Below are positions 27,180-37,286 of a DNA stretch of 53,600 nt, piece by piece. Location of the stretch: positions 1 to 53,600 of the IMG/VR virus record IMGVR_UViG_3300030708_001013; one strand, given 5' to 3'. This stretch comes from a virus. Its lineage: Duplodnaviria; Caudoviricetes. Within the stretch, counting starts at the first letter, position 1; each line of letters begins with the position of its first letter. Both the position numbers and the translations under genes were made by a program. The notes under the pieces were generated by a model. That model had not been told where the DNA came from. It worked only from the letters and a program-made list of their open reading frames with translations, and ran no database searches.

Positions 27180-29265
27180 ATTTATTCCTCGTTTGTATTT
27201 GTTCGTATATGTTTATATCTTTTTCATATATTTTTTCAACAATTTTTATTGTATCTTTATTATAAATCTGATTGAAGTTATACTTTTTATTATTACTATT
27301 ATTAATTTTTAACAGTGGAGTTATCTTTCCATAGTTATATTTATTACAAAGAGTAACCCATTCTTTATCTATATTTTTTAAATCTATTATATAATCTGCA
27401 ATAATATTATTTTTATAATCTGTAATAAATTCATATTGAGGTTTAATAATAAGTTCTTGAAATTGTTTATCTTGTTCTAAATAATAGTTATAAATATTTT
27501 TACAAAAAGAATTAAACGAAGACATATCTTTAAATGCTTTTGAATATAACTCCTGAAACCAATCTCTATTTCGAGTTTTAATTTTAGGATTTTCTTTTTT
27601 CTTTTGTAGTATTCCATATGTATATGCAGAATATAATCTTTCAAAAGGATCTCTATATATTGTTAATATTTTTATATTGTTATCTTTTATAAAGTTATCA
27701 TTTGTTTTAGAAATTAAATGTTTACAACTTCCATGTAATCCTAATGTAAAAATAGGAGACTTCCACCAAAAATTTTTAATACTTCTATAGAAAGACATTC
27801 CTCCAGTTTTAGGAATATGAACAAATAAAATTTTATTTGTTAATGTTTTTTTTAAATATTCTTTATATAAATAATTTTTAGTTTCATCAGTATAGGTAAA
27901 AGTTATACCCATATCTTTTCTTTGATTAATTAAAAATGTTTTTATATCTATTATATTAAAATCATTATTTTTTATATCTTGATAATAGTAATATGTATTA
28001 TCTTTAGTTTTTAATTTTAATTTTAATTTTCTTTGAAAATAAAAAATATTATTTAAATCTTTATCAAAAAAATTAACCTGTACTCTTCCAAAAACTGTAT
28101 CATATTTATTATAATTAATTTCTGTTCCAAAGAATGTATCGAAATAATAATCTATAGTATAAGATGTAGGAAATTTATCTTGAACTTTAAAGTAATAAGT
28201 ATCTTGTTGTGTATATTGAAAACATCTTATTTCAATAGTGTTAACTGATTTTATTTTATCAGGATATTCATTTAACAAATCAATACAATCAGACCAGTCT
28301 ATTGTCAGTTTACCTAATCTATTATTAGGAATAGTATTTTTTTTTAAATCATTATAAGATTCAAAACATGGATAAGGTCTAGATTTATTAGTATGATAAA
28401 TATATTTATCTTTAAAATTTATTCCTGCTGCTACTTCATATTGTTTTATTGTTCTTTTGTTTCCTAATCCATATATGCCTTTTATTTTTCCTGAACATAT
28501 ATCAAAAGATTTTTCTAAACTTTTTTCATTTAATTCATTAGCTCTTGGATTTTTATAATGATTAGTAATTCTTCTTGGTCCTGCACTATTACTTTGTTCA
28601 TGATATACTAATGGTTTATCTGGTAAGTAAAAGTCCCAACCTCTAGTCCAAGCTCTCATAGCAATAGTTATTTCTTCTCCATGAAAATATAAATCAGGAT
28701 CATAAGGAACTTCTTGAAAAAATTTACCATCAGAAAAAGATAAACATGCTCCCCAAAATGCATGGAGTTTTAATCCAGAGTCAGTTCTATTAATAGGTTT
28801 AAATAAAACTAATTCAGAATCATCTTTATAACATGGATACATGTAAACAAGTTCTTTATATTTATATTCTGTATGTGTATCAAACTTTGTGCAATAAGAA
28901 CTTATACATGCTTTGTCGGAAGTTTTTAAACATCTGTTATGCATTTTAATAAACTCTTCATCCCAGTCTTGATCAAACCTAGAATGAGAATCAATCATTA
29001 ATACATAATCTTCATTGTCATATAATTTATTGCATTCATATCTAGCCCAACATGCACCATTAGATTCTGTGTAATGTACATTTTTTATTTTAAATCTTTT
29101 GTCGTTATCAAACTCTTCAAACAAAAAATAATTATCTTCATCATGTTGGTGTAATATTCCAAACCTTAATCTGTCTGGATACTTTGCTGTATTTAAAGCA
29201 TCATATACAGTTAATAAAATTTGATGGTCTAGATAGGAAGCAATATTAATGAATATAGTTTTCAC
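27169..29265 (-). CDS. GT60-like (Skp1-type polypeptide GlcNAc-transferase) fused to a Sulfotransfer_2-type sulfotransferase
   Basis: N-terminal IFINIASYLD, GACWAR, IDSHSRFDQDWD and VPYDPDLYFHGEEITIAMRAWTRGWD. C-terminal FVHIPKTGGMS and RDPFERLYSAY...PQYEF. Confidence 0.88.
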   Translation of the reverse strand: MKTIFINIASYLDHQILLTVYDALNTAKYPDRLRFGILHQHDEDNYFLFEEFDNDKRFKIKNVHYTESNGACWARYECNKLYDNEDYVLMIDSHSRFDQDWDEEFIKMHNRCLKTSDKACISSYCTKFDTHTEYKYKELVYMYPCYKDDSELVLFKPINRTDSGLKLHAFWGACLSFSDGKFFQEVPYDPDLYFHGEEITIAMRAWTRGWDFYLPDKPLVYHEQSNSAGPRRITNHYKNPRANELNEKSLEKSFDICSGKIKGIYGLGNKRTIKQYEVAAGINFKDKYIYHTNKSRPYPCFESYNDLKKNTIPNNRLGKLTIDWSDCIDLLNEYPDKIKSVNTIEIRCFQYTQQDTYYFKVQDKFPTSYTIDYYFDTFFGTEINYNKYDTVFGRVQVNFFDKDLNNIFYFQRKLKLKLKTKDNTYYYYQDIKNNDFNIIDIKTFLINQRKDMGITFTYTDETKNYLYKEYLKKTLTNKILFVHIPKTGGMSFYRSIKNFWWKSPIFTLGLHGSCKHLISKTNDNFIKDNNIKILTIYRDPFERLYSAYTYGILQKKKENPKIKTRNRDWFQELYSKAFKDMSSFNSFCKNIYNYYLEQDKQFQELIIKPQYEFITDYKNNIIADYIIDLKNIDKEWVTLCNKYNYGKITPLLKINNSNNKKYNFNQIYNKDTIKIVEKIYEKDINIYEQIQTRNKYGI

Positions 29266-29609
29266 TATTTCTTTTTAGATTTTTTCTTTAATACTTTATT
29301 AGCTTCTTGCAATTCGTCTAGTTTTTTAATTCTTTCTTTTTCTACAGCTTCTTCAGCTTTAGCTTTAAGCTCTGCTTTCTTTTTATAGATAGCTTCAATT
29401 AAAGTAACACGCTTTGCATTATTCCATCCTTTAATTCCTAAATCTTTAGCTTCTTCACGAAGTAATTCTAATTCAGTTAATTCATTTTTCGCACCTAATG
29501 GATTACCATCTTTATCACAAGGAACCCAAACATCATCTGTTAGATATCCATTTTGAGGAAAAACAAGTCCATTTTTTTTACTTACTACATATTCTATTTT
29601 TTCTGACAT
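29265..29609 (-). CDS. Hypothetical protein downstream of capsid gene (likely start MSEKIEY at 29609)
   Basis: AAGGAG RBS precedes the ATG at 29609. LREEAKDLGIKGWNNAKRVTLIEAI resembles a Rho-N/HeH-type motif. Confidence 0.7.
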   Translation of the reverse strand: MSEKIEYVVSKKNGLVFPQNGYLTDDVWVPCDKDGNPLGAKNELTELELLREEAKDLGIKGWNNAKRVTLIEAIYKKKAELKAKAEEAVEKERIKKLDELQEANKVLKKKSKKK

Positions 29610-29622
29610 TTTTTTTCTCCTT

Positions 29623-29649
29623 AAAAAAAGAGAGGGGTTACCCCCTCTC
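29623..29649 (-). terminator. Intrinsic terminator after the major capsid gene
   Basis: Minus strand GAGAGGGG-GTAA-CCCCTCTC-TTTTTTT. Confidence 0.85.
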
Positions 29650-29667
29650 ATAACTTAACTATATATA

Positions 29668-30660
29668 TTATGCTAAAGCTGAATCTGGGGAAATAAATGA
29701 TAACCCAATCGCATCTTCTTGCACAACTTTGAATCCGTAAACTTGAAGTCCACGATGTAACATACCGAATCCATCAGGATTTTGTAACACTTCACTCTTC
29801 ACTAATTGAGTAGCAAAAGTTAATCCTACAGGATGTCCGAATAAACAAGTGTAAACAGTGTTCCCACCTGAACCACCATTAGTGATTTTAGTAAGGTTGT
29901 TAGTTCTATAGATAGTAAATCTATCTATTTGACCAACTACTCCGTTACGCTTCATTGATGTAGCATCACCAGACTTGTTAGCATCCCCTAAATCGCCTTT
30001 CTTAATGAAAGCAATTAATTCAGGTGGAAGTAAGAAGTAACGACCTTCTTCGTTAACATTCTTTTCATCTAATAATGATCCAATGTCAATCATGTGATCA
30101 ACTAATGAAGCACCATCAGCTTTAGCAAGGAATGGATTTGAATCAGTATCTCCATTCATTGCAGTAGTTGGTTTTAATTCAATAGAACCAGCAATGTTTT
30201 GAAGAACATCTCTTTCTACTTCGTTACGAAGTTGATAAGCTGCTTCTGCTGTCCACTCGCTAATCCAATTTTGAATATCTGTTTGCACATTATCAACATC
30301 GTCTGTAGCGAATGCCCAATATTTACCTTTGTTGATTTCTAATGTTACAGACTCAACTGTTGGGTTTTGGTGACTTAATGCTAAACCTTTAGTGTGATTG
30401 TTAACATTAATAACAGGTAGCTTTCTGATAACAACTGCATCACCTTGGTTTTGAATATCACCTTCATAATCTGTATTAGCAATTTCTCCTAATACAGAAC
30501 TTTCATAGAACTTAACTAATAACTTACCAGCATACAAAGTAGGAATGTATAGGTTGGTAACAGGCGTTGCATCATTCGCACTGTTATTGTTTAAAGCAAC
30601 CCAACCAGTAGTTCCTGTAAAGTCTGTGCCAGTAGTAGTTTGATATCTTGTATAAGACAT
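29668..30660 (-). CDS. Major capsid protein (HK97 fold, P22-coat-like)
   Basis: 330 aa. Motifs YIPTLYAGKLL..FY...V...IANTDYEGDI...GD.V.I, GQIDRFTIYRTNNL and RGLQVYGFKVV. Follows the scaffold gene and precedes a terminator. Confidence 0.92.
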   Translation of the reverse strand: MSYTRYQTTTGTDFTGTTGWVALNNNSANDATPVTNLYIPTLYAGKLLVKFYESSVLGEIANTDYEGDIQNQGDAVVIRKLPVINVNNHTKGLALSHQNPTVESVTLEINKGKYWAFATDDVDNVQTDIQNWISEWTAEAAYQLRNEVERDVLQNIAGSIELKPTTAMNGDTDSNPFLAKADGASLVDHMIDIGSLLDEKNVNEEGRYFLLPPELIAFIKKGDLGDANKSGDATSMKRNGVVGQIDRFTIYRTNNLTKITNGGSGGNTVYTCLFGHPVGLTFATQLVKSEVLQNPDGFGMLHRGLQVYGFKVVQEDAIGLSFISPDSALA

Positions 30661-30718
30661 TTTAATCTCCTAACTTAATTTTACATTTAATAAACACGCA
30701 GCACAGACTAGTTTTCAT

Positions 30719-31660
30719 TTAAAAAATTCTTCCTGTCTTGGCTGCCTCCATAATCTGTGCTTCAATTTTTTCAGCTTCTTCTCTACCTTTTTTACCTTTA
30801 AACCTTCCACTAGCTAAATCTTTATAAAACAACTGAACACCTTTTTTTGTAAACCTAGGTTGTTCAGGTTGTGCTACTTGTTTAGCATGAGCAGTGGTTT
30901 CTGGTTTAGTAGTAACCGATGCTTCATTAACTGAAACGGAGCCAATAGGTTTATAAGTTTTTAATAAATCAACTAATGTAGCAACGTCTCCATTGTTGAT
31001 TGCATTAGCACCTACATCCCTATTCTTTAAACCACTATTTGTGTCATAAAGTTCAAGAAATGAAAACCAACCAGTATCAGTAGAGTTTAAACTTTTAGCA
31101 CCAGGATAGTACTGTTCAACATTATTCCAAAAAGAATTAGTGTCTACTACAGGTACTTGTTTTTCCTGTTGAGCTTTTAAACTCTTATTAATTAGTTCAT
31201 TAACATATTCTTTTATCTTTCCGCTCTCCAGCTCTTCTTCGAGTGTGCCTTTGATTACTCTACTTTGAATATCAAGAACATCATCTCCAAGTTCTTCAGC
31301 TTCTTGTTCAGAGATATGTCTTTTAGAACCTGGAACTTTATTTACATTCTTTAGTTCTTCTAACTGACTCTTCATTTCTGCTAAAGAATCTTTCAATTCT
31401 TTGTTCTCACTATTCGCTTGTTTAAGTTGCGAATCGATTCGCCCTTTAAGACTAGCGTTCCTCTGTCTTTCTAAATCCAAATCTTTTTGAAGTGCCTCAA
31501 TATCAGCTTGAGGAAATACTTCTTGAGCTTCTTCATTTTGGCTCGACAGAGCTTCATCATTACCTTCTGCCTCTTCTACAACTTGAGTAGTATTTTGAAG
31601 CTCTTTTAATTGAGCTTCCGCTTTCTCTAATTGCTCTAATGCTTGTTTTGGTACTGACAT
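30719..31660 (-). CDS. Capsid scaffolding protein
   Basis: Acidic coiled-coil protein between portal and capsid genes, ending in EAQIMEAAKTGRIF. Confidence 0.8.
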   Translation of the reverse strand: MSVPKQALEQLEKAEAQLKELQNTTQVVEEAEGNDEALSSQNEEAQEVFPQADIEALQKDLDLERQRNASLKGRIDSQLKQANSENKELKDSLAEMKSQLEELKNVNKVPGSKRHISEQEAEELGDDVLDIQSRVIKGTLEEELESGKIKEYVNELINKSLKAQQEKQVPVVDTNSFWNNVEQYYPGAKSLNSTDTGWFSFLELYDTNSGLKNRDVGANAINNGDVATLVDLLKTYKPIGSVSVNEASVTTKPETTAHAKQVAQPEQPRFTKKGVQLFYKDLASGRFKGKKGREEAEKIEAQIMEAAKTGRIF

Positions 31661-31735
31661 ATTTTCTTTCTCCTTATTGTGTACGCCCTTTCGGGATATG
31701 TACGATTATGGGGCTGCTATTGCAGATTTCCCTAT

Positions 31736-31960
31736 TTATGATTCAACACTTGTTGAATCTTCTAAAACTTTTATTAAAGATTTCAAACACCTCGTTGTTC
31801 CCTGACCTATTTGAATCTTTGTTAAATCTAAATCATCATTAGCTTCTCTACAATTATCTAAACATCTTTGCAAGTAAGAAATAAAAATTTTAAACACCTG
31901 GCTGTTGCTGTACATCAGGCGTATCGCCTCCAGTTCCTTCTGGTTCGGTTTGTCCAACAT
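31736..31960 (-). CDS. Small conserved protein following the portal gene
   Basis: 74 aa, AAGGAG RBS lying inside the portal 3' end, helical with QG motif. Overlaps the portal gene by 71 nt. Confidence 0.7.
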   Translation of the reverse strand: MLDKPNQKELEAIRLMYSNSQVFKIFISYLQRCLDNCREANDDLDLTKIQIGQGTTRCLKSLIKVLEDSTSVES

Positions 31961-34178
31961 TAGTATCTCCTTGTATTTGACTAAATATATCAGCCATATT
32001 TTGTTGACTATATCTTGCTTGTCTAATATCTAACTCTCTATTATCTGTAGCATTATCTAATTCTATTTCTCTAGCTTTAAGATCTAGTTGTGCAGCTTTC
32101 ATTTCTAGTTCAGCCATAGCTACTTGATTTTCTCTTTCAACTAGTGCTTGTTCTTTTTCTATAGCTATTTGATTTTGTTGTATTTTTTGTTGTTGCAATA
32201 AACTTTCTTGTTGTATTAATGCTTCTATTTTTTCTTGACTAGGTGCTATATCATCATAATCAGTTTCTAATGATTCCATAGCATCAGATAATATTTTAGC
32301 ACGACCATCTAATCCTAATATCTTTTGATCAAACTCATTATTAGTAACTTGTAATAAACTTAATCTTCTTTGAGATAATTCTTCTTTCATAATTAAAGAT
32401 ATAATTCCATCAGACATAAACATCATATCTCCTTTTATATCATCATCTTCATTATTCATCATATTCCAGTCATATAGTTTTTCTACAATGTTTTGGAATA
32501 TATATCTATCTAATCCAAGTAATACTCTTTTTAATCCTTTATTAGAATTACCCATTAACATAGCTAATCCAGAAGATGTTCTACCTGCACCTGCTACTTT
32601 ATCAGAACCATAGCTATAAGCTGGCATCTCTAAAGTTAAATCAGCAATACGCATAGATTGATTTATAACTCCTAACATTTCTCCTGATCTAGAATCAGGT
32701 TGAAAGAAATCTACTAAAGGTGCTGTAGTATTTCCCATATTAGTTCCTTGCCATATTTTCCACGGATACATAGATGATATATCTTGTCCAGTTGGTATTC
32801 TGTTAGTATCTGGAATTATAACTTGTGGTCCAGATGCAATACCTAAATTATTTACCATAGCTCTAGCTGCAGCATTAGTTATATCTTGTTCGCTTTTAAT
32901 TAATTCAGGAATACTTTTATACCAAAAGCTTCCTATTTCTTTGCAGTATCCGTATACTGAATATGGTCTTTTTTGTTCTGGATGATCATTTAATTTTACA
33001 AAAACAATAGTGCCTCCTACTGTAATTGCATTAATATCATAATCCATTAATGGATCTATTTTTTTTCCATTTACATCTTTTGTTATTCCATAACTTTCAA
33101 GCATTCTTCCTGGTGTAAAACAATAATACTCAATAGCATCTAACATTGATGAAGACATATTAGTTGCATAATTAGTATCTTTATTTTCTAAATCATCTCT
33201 TTCTTCTGTAAAAGAATAATCATAAGCTGAATCTGTTCTTCCTCCATATCTTGCAACATGCTCAATGTTTTCTTTTATATATCCCTCTTCATTTCTATTT
33301 AATAATAATGATTGTCTAGATATAATCATTCTTTCTGCAAGAAATCCTTCATCAACATTTTCACAAGAACGACCAGGATATAAATCTAAAGGAGAAACTC
33401 TTTCAAAGGTAGGTATAATTCTTTCATCATATTTAATTACTGTCTTACCTTTTTTCTTTTCAAATCCTGATTTAATTTTTCTTTTTCTAAATATTGGACC
33501 TTTAATAATAGCTGCTTTAGATGAAGCTAAATCCATTACTGCTTGATAAAAAGCATCTAACCAACCTCCTTCAATCATTTGATCATGTAATACTCTAGAC
33601 ATCTTATCAGCTTTTTTATGTGCTTCTTTATAATTAGCTGTTATTACATCAGCCCTCATTGAAGATGCTAAATCATATGCTTGTTTTTCTGTCATTTGTA
33701 TACCTTGATTTATCGCTTCATCATATTTAGCCATAACTTCACCAGCTATTCTAACTTGATCTTCTCTAGGTATATCTGCAATAGGTGTAGGTTTTAAATC
33801 CCAAGTTCTTTTTCTTTTAGCATTAGTATAAATATCATGAACAAATGATTCAAATGCTCTACATTTTACTCCCGTTAATCCGATAAATACATCAGAAGAT
33901 CCTGACTCTTTTATCTTTGCTAATTTATCAGGACTGTATTCTCCATTCCTTCTATTTAAATTATCTATAATAGTAGCTTGAATATTAGATTCGTTTTCTT
34001 TCCAATCTTTTGCATCATTAAAATTACTATTTAAATAACCTTCTAAAGTATTTAGATACTCATTGTGTTCTTTTTCATAAGCATCATCCATAGCTTGTTC
34101 TTCAGCTTCCATATTTTCAACAAGTTCTTTTTGTGACACTATTCCTGCTAAACCAGATCGTTCTCTTTTTACAGCCAT
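31890..34178 (-). CDS. Portal protein
   Basis: 762 aa after terL. FERVSPLDLYP, ARAMVNNLGIASGPQ, GAGRTSSGLAMLM and a C-terminal Q-rich coiled-coil barrel, as in P22-like podovirus portals. Confidence 0.92.
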   Translation of the reverse strand: MAVKRERSGLAGIVSQKELVENMEAEEQAMDDAYEKEHNEYLNTLEGYLNSNFNDAKDWKENESNIQATIIDNLNRRNGEYSPDKLAKIKESGSSDVFIGLTGVKCRAFESFVHDIYTNAKRKRTWDLKPTPIADIPREDQVRIAGEVMAKYDEAINQGIQMTEKQAYDLASSMRADVITANYKEAHKKADKMSRVLHDQMIEGGWLDAFYQAVMDLASSKAAIIKGPIFRKRKIKSGFEKKKGKTVIKYDERIIPTFERVSPLDLYPGRSCENVDEGFLAERMIISRQSLLLNRNEEGYIKENIEHVARYGGRTDSAYDYSFTEERDDLENKDTNYATNMSSSMLDAIEYYCFTPGRMLESYGITKDVNGKKIDPLMDYDINAITVGGTIVFVKLNDHPEQKRPYSVYGYCKEIGSFWYKSIPELIKSEQDITNAAARAMVNNLGIASGPQVIIPDTNRIPTGQDISSMYPWKIWQGTNMGNTTAPLVDFFQPDSRSGEMLGVINQSMRIADLTLEMPAYSYGSDKVAGAGRTSSGLAMLMGNSNKGLKRVLLGLDRYIFQNIVEKLYDWNMMNNEDDDIKGDMMFMSDGIISLIMKEELSQRRLSLLQVTNNEFDQKILGLDGRAKILSDAMESLETDYDDIAPSQEKIEALIQQESLLQQQKIQQNQIAIEKEQALVERENQVAMAELEMKAAQLDLKAREIELDNATDNRELDIRQARYSQQNMADIFSQIQGDTNVGQTEPEGTGGDTPDVQQQPGV

Positions 34179-34191
34179 AATATTTTCCTAT

Positions 34192-35706
34192 TTAAGTCCA
34201 TGCACTTATATCGGCTTTTATAACATTCCTAACATTTGTGTCAACAACAGGTTTTACTGTAGGATCTACAAGACCACCTCTAATGTGTACAAATGCATAT
34301 TGTAGTGCATCACTAATATGAGAATAAAAATTCTTATCAGGTACTTCATGATATCGTTTTCTTCCCCCTGCTCCTCCCACTCTCATCTCTTTAAATTTAT
34401 ATTCTCCTAAAAAACTTTTTCTTAATATAGGACACTTTGGTCCTATCTTTAACGCTGCTCCCCCATCTACCATGCGGGTTAGATAAAACTTCACAGCATC
34501 TCTTCTTGCTAATGGCGAATTAGTTGAACAAGGTATTGTTCTTATACCTAGTTCATCTAACATATTTATACAAGTTTGCCCGTCGGTCTGGCTTCTTGCG
34601 TTTCCCGCAGGATCCGCTACCGATATAATCGGTAGCCCAAAATATTCAGCTCGTATTTTAGGATTAACTATTTCTTCTACAAATCTTCTTAACTCCATAT
34701 CTTCAGATACGCACTCATCTATAATGTATACTGTTCCTTTTGGAGAACATTGTAAAAATGCACATGCTGGAGTTAATCCAAAGTCCCATCCAAGTATTAA
34801 AGGTAACCCTCTAAATATTTCTATATCTTCTGGATGATAGTGAGTAGCATCATTGTATTCAGGGTACACAGGTTTACCTCTAATTACAGATCCATACTCT
34901 CCCATTAAATATACTTTAACCCACTCTGGATCAGCCCCATGTGCTTGACGCAGCCAATAATTATATCCTAAATCTTGCCATTGTACATTTTCTGCAGGAG
35001 GTATCCCATCTACCTGTCCTTCATTAGCCACATAATCTATAGGAGTCCCAAATCCTTTCTCTCCATAAACAGGTAATATTGCAGGTGGTTGTCTAAAAAA
35101 TCTATGATTAATAGGTTTAGTTATCTCTGCTCGTTTATGCCACCAATGATCATCAGAAGGCGGGTTAGTATCCATGATTACTCCTGACCAAGCTGTTCCT
35201 CCATCTATTTTTGCTGGATAACGACCTGTTCTTTGCAATGCCATCTCTACTACTTGCTCATCTAACTCTGATGCTTCGTTTAAAAATGCTCCTGTTAACT
35301 CTAATGATTTTAACTTTCTAACATCTTCTGGTCTATCAATAGCCATAAAGATTACTTCTGCTACAACTCTTGTACCATCTCCAAGCCAGAAGTCCATTTT
35401 ACCTGTAATAGGTGGAGACATATTAATATGACATATTTGATCTGGTATCCAGTCAGCCCATGTCTTCATAGTTGTAGATATTAATTCAGGATAAGTATTA
35501 CGAATAAACGCCCATCTAGATCTTCTTGTTATTCCATCCTTTCCTACCTTCTGCTCTAGCATCCTGCTCCATGCTTCCATACAGCATATTACTGTTTTAC
35601 CTGTTCCTACAGGTCCCATTACTCCTCTTACATCAGAGCTATCAGCATGAAATCTTTTTGCAGTAGGTTCTGGAACGTATGGTCTAATCTCTAAACTTTG
35701 TTTCAT
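34192..35706 (-). CDS. terL: Terminase large subunit
   Basis: Walker A GPVGTGKT, Walker B AFLNEASE, motif III DTNPP, nuclease motifs GWDFG and HISDALQY. Confidence 0.96.
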   Translation of the reverse strand: MKQSLEIRPYVPEPTAKRFHADSSDVRGVMGPVGTGKTVICCMEAWSRMLEQKVGKDGITRRSRWAFIRNTYPELISTTMKTWADWIPDQICHINMSPPITGKMDFWLGDGTRVVAEVIFMAIDRPEDVRKLKSLELTGAFLNEASELDEQVVEMALQRTGRYPAKIDGGTAWSGVIMDTNPPSDDHWWHKRAEITKPINHRFFRQPPAILPVYGEKGFGTPIDYVANEGQVDGIPPAENVQWQDLGYNYWLRQAHGADPEWVKVYLMGEYGSVIRGKPVYPEYNDATHYHPEDIEIFRGLPLILGWDFGLTPACAFLQCSPKGTVYIIDECVSEDMELRRFVEEIVNPKIRAEYFGLPIISVADPAGNARSQTDGQTCINMLDELGIRTIPCSTNSPLARRDAVKFYLTRMVDGGAALKIGPKCPILRKSFLGEYKFKEMRVGGAGGRKRYHEVPDKNFYSHISDALQYAFVHIRGGLVDPTVKPVVDTNVRNVIKADISAWT

Positions 35707-35912
35707 CGTTTAACTAACTCCTGCTTAATAAAGTATTCGCCAGAAACTTTAGCTACTCTCATAACTTCTCCTGGTCTAATCCTTTCAGAAATCCATTCTA
35801 CAGCAGTTGGCATACTTGCAAAGTCTATTGTTTTAGCTTTAGGATGTTCTATCCATCCTCCATCAGACATTCTTGTTTCTACTACTACTTTACTCTTCCA
35901 TTTTCTTGCCAT
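35703..35912 (-). CDS. Hypothetical protein
   Basis: 69 aa, AGGAG RBS, coupled to terL. Confidence 0.65.
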   Translation of the reverse strand: MARKWKSKVVVETRMSDGGWIEHPKAKTIDFASMPTAVEWISERIRPGEVMRVAKVSGEYFIKQELVKR

Positions 35913-36516
35913 CGACTATCTCCTGTACTGCTGTTATATCTGGTCTACCATAATCATCTGTAGGGATATATTCAACTTTGCATTTATTTTTACATAGCAA
36001 GGATATTTCTATAAAAACATCTCCCACGTCTATTAGATTTAACTCAAGTGATTTAATTACTATCCTGTTTTTGCCTCTAAAAACTTTATCAAATGGTACC
36101 CATCCATTCTTAAATAATGTATAACATATAGCTGTAGCTATCTCTCCTTGCATCTCTCCTCTCTCTGGATCAGTTAACAATGATGAATAAGTATTTCTTA
36201 ACGTAACTAGCGTCTTATGACGTTGACCTTCATTAATTGTTTCAGGATCTAATATAGCTTTAAGCTTACCGCCATTGCTAATCTGTGGTATATCTTCTTG
36301 ATGATGATGTTCAGGTAGACTAACTTCTTGTCTTATTATATTAAACATTGATTCAGTATCTACTAAATCTTCTTCTCCTACTGTAGTAGCTACAATACCT
36401 TTATCAAATATATATCCTAATCCTACTATAACAGGAGCATAAGCTGTTACTAACTCTTTGTTATACTTGGGGTTAAAATCTTCAGGTAACTCTAAATCGT
36501 GCCAAACTTTATTCAT
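35890..36516 (-). CDS. Hypothetical protein, first gene of the late operon
   Basis: 208 aa with AAGGAG RBS. Confidence 0.75.
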   Translation of the reverse strand: MNKVWHDLELPEDFNPKYNKELVTAYAPVIVGLGYIFDKGIVATTVGEEDLVDTESMFNIIRQEVSLPEHHHQEDIPQISNGGKLKAILDPETINEGQRHKTLVTLRNTYSSLLTDPERGEMQGEIATAICYTLFKNGWVPFDKVFRGKNRIVIKSLELNLIDVGDVFIEISLLCKNKCKVEYIPTDDYGRPDITAVQEIVDGKKMEE

Positions 36517-36528
36517 AATATTCTCCTT

Positions 36529-36570
36529 TAAAAAAACATGGGGGATTCAGCTTCTCGCTTTCCTCCCCCG
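36529..36570 (-). terminator. Leader terminator/attenuator-like hairpin before the late operon
   Basis: Minus strand GGGGGA...AGC-GAGAA-GCT...TCCCCC-ATG-TTTTTTT, immediately before the RBS. Confidence 0.5.
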
Positions 36571-36606
36571 TCATCTTGAATGAGGGTTATAACTGATGAC
36601 TTTTTG

Positions 36607-36635
36607 TTTATACGAAAATAATAGAATCCTGTCAA
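36607..36635 (-). promoter_or_regulatory. Sigma70-like late promoter
   Basis: Minus strand TTGACA (36635-36630), 17-nt spacer, TATAAA (36612-36607). Confidence 0.75.
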
Positions 36636-36918
36636 CAAGTTTCTGTACTTTGTACAAAATCTGTATAGAAGTTTCTATATCCCCCCTGATTTGAAATTTA
36701 TCTAAAAAATTTTACCAAGTACTGAAAGTGTATAACAGCCGTAGATGAGGTAGTATATATTATATATAAACACATAGACACTGCAAACATTGGTCATCTA
36801 TATAGGTAGATAGATACGACAACTTGCTGTTAGGATCCCCCTGCTAGGTGGTGCTGTCTATGTATGTATAGATAAACAACTAAAATAATCCTTTCAAACG
36901 TTATCGTATGCTATCATC

Positions 36919-36970
36919 AGAGTTGCTTTACAGCGAACTCTTCTAAACGTTATCTTTATCGGTAATATTG
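36919..36970 (+). promoter_or_regulatory. Hairpin + AAACGTTATC-N6-GGT element, copy 1 (candidate early promoter)
   Basis: agagtt-gc-tttaca-gc-g-aactct, then aaacgttatc (36945-36954) tttatc ggt; lies just upstream of the RBS of the gene at 37001. Confidence 0.6.
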
Positions 36971-37000
36971 CCATTAATTATTAATTATAAAGGAGACATT

Positions 37001-37276
37001 ATGTCTAATACAAAGAGTGATTCTAGGGTCGAACTTGATAAAGATCCTGCGGTTGTTGGGTTTATGCATTTTAACAAGAATGGAGATTCTGAAATGTGTA
37101 GCCCAATGTACATCGGTGGTGGTGCTAAACCAGGCACAACCAGCAACGATATACAAGCTGGTCTAGTCGACGGCTCGTATATCGGATTCCTGAATCCATA
37201 TAAATCAGGCAAAGGTCATCTGTTGGTTGTTAAAGCTCGCAATGCTAAAGCAGGCAACAGATATACTGCAATGTAA
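37001..37276 (+). CDS. Early hypothetical protein (possible DUF736/SSB-like)
   Basis: AAGGAG RBS before the ATG at 37001. GFMHFNKNG...PMYIG loosely resembles small phage SSB-like proteins. Confidence 0.7.
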   Translation: MSNTKSDSRVELDKDPAVVGFMHFNKNGDSEMCSPMYIGGGAKPGTTSNDIQAGLVDGSYIGFLNPYKSGKGHLLVVKARNAKAGNRYTAM

Positions 37277-37286
37277 TGGATTCAGT

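Noticed and set aside
29610-29651. N-terminal extension MRGGNPSLFLRRKK
   Set aside because: It runs through the capsid-gene terminator; the RBS supports a start at 29609.
1291-35997. The many plus-strand ORFs of 60-160 aa in the track (e.g. 1291, 6087, 7119, 10194, 11106, 19586, 33265)
   Set aside because: They are antisense shadows of long minus-strand genes, with S/F/L-rich composition and no RBS.
36640-36890. Replication origin with iterons in the AT-rich divergent region
   Set aside because: Only short palindromes (tttgtacaaa, tatagaa/ttctata) and TA runs are present; no clear iteron array and no initiator gene.
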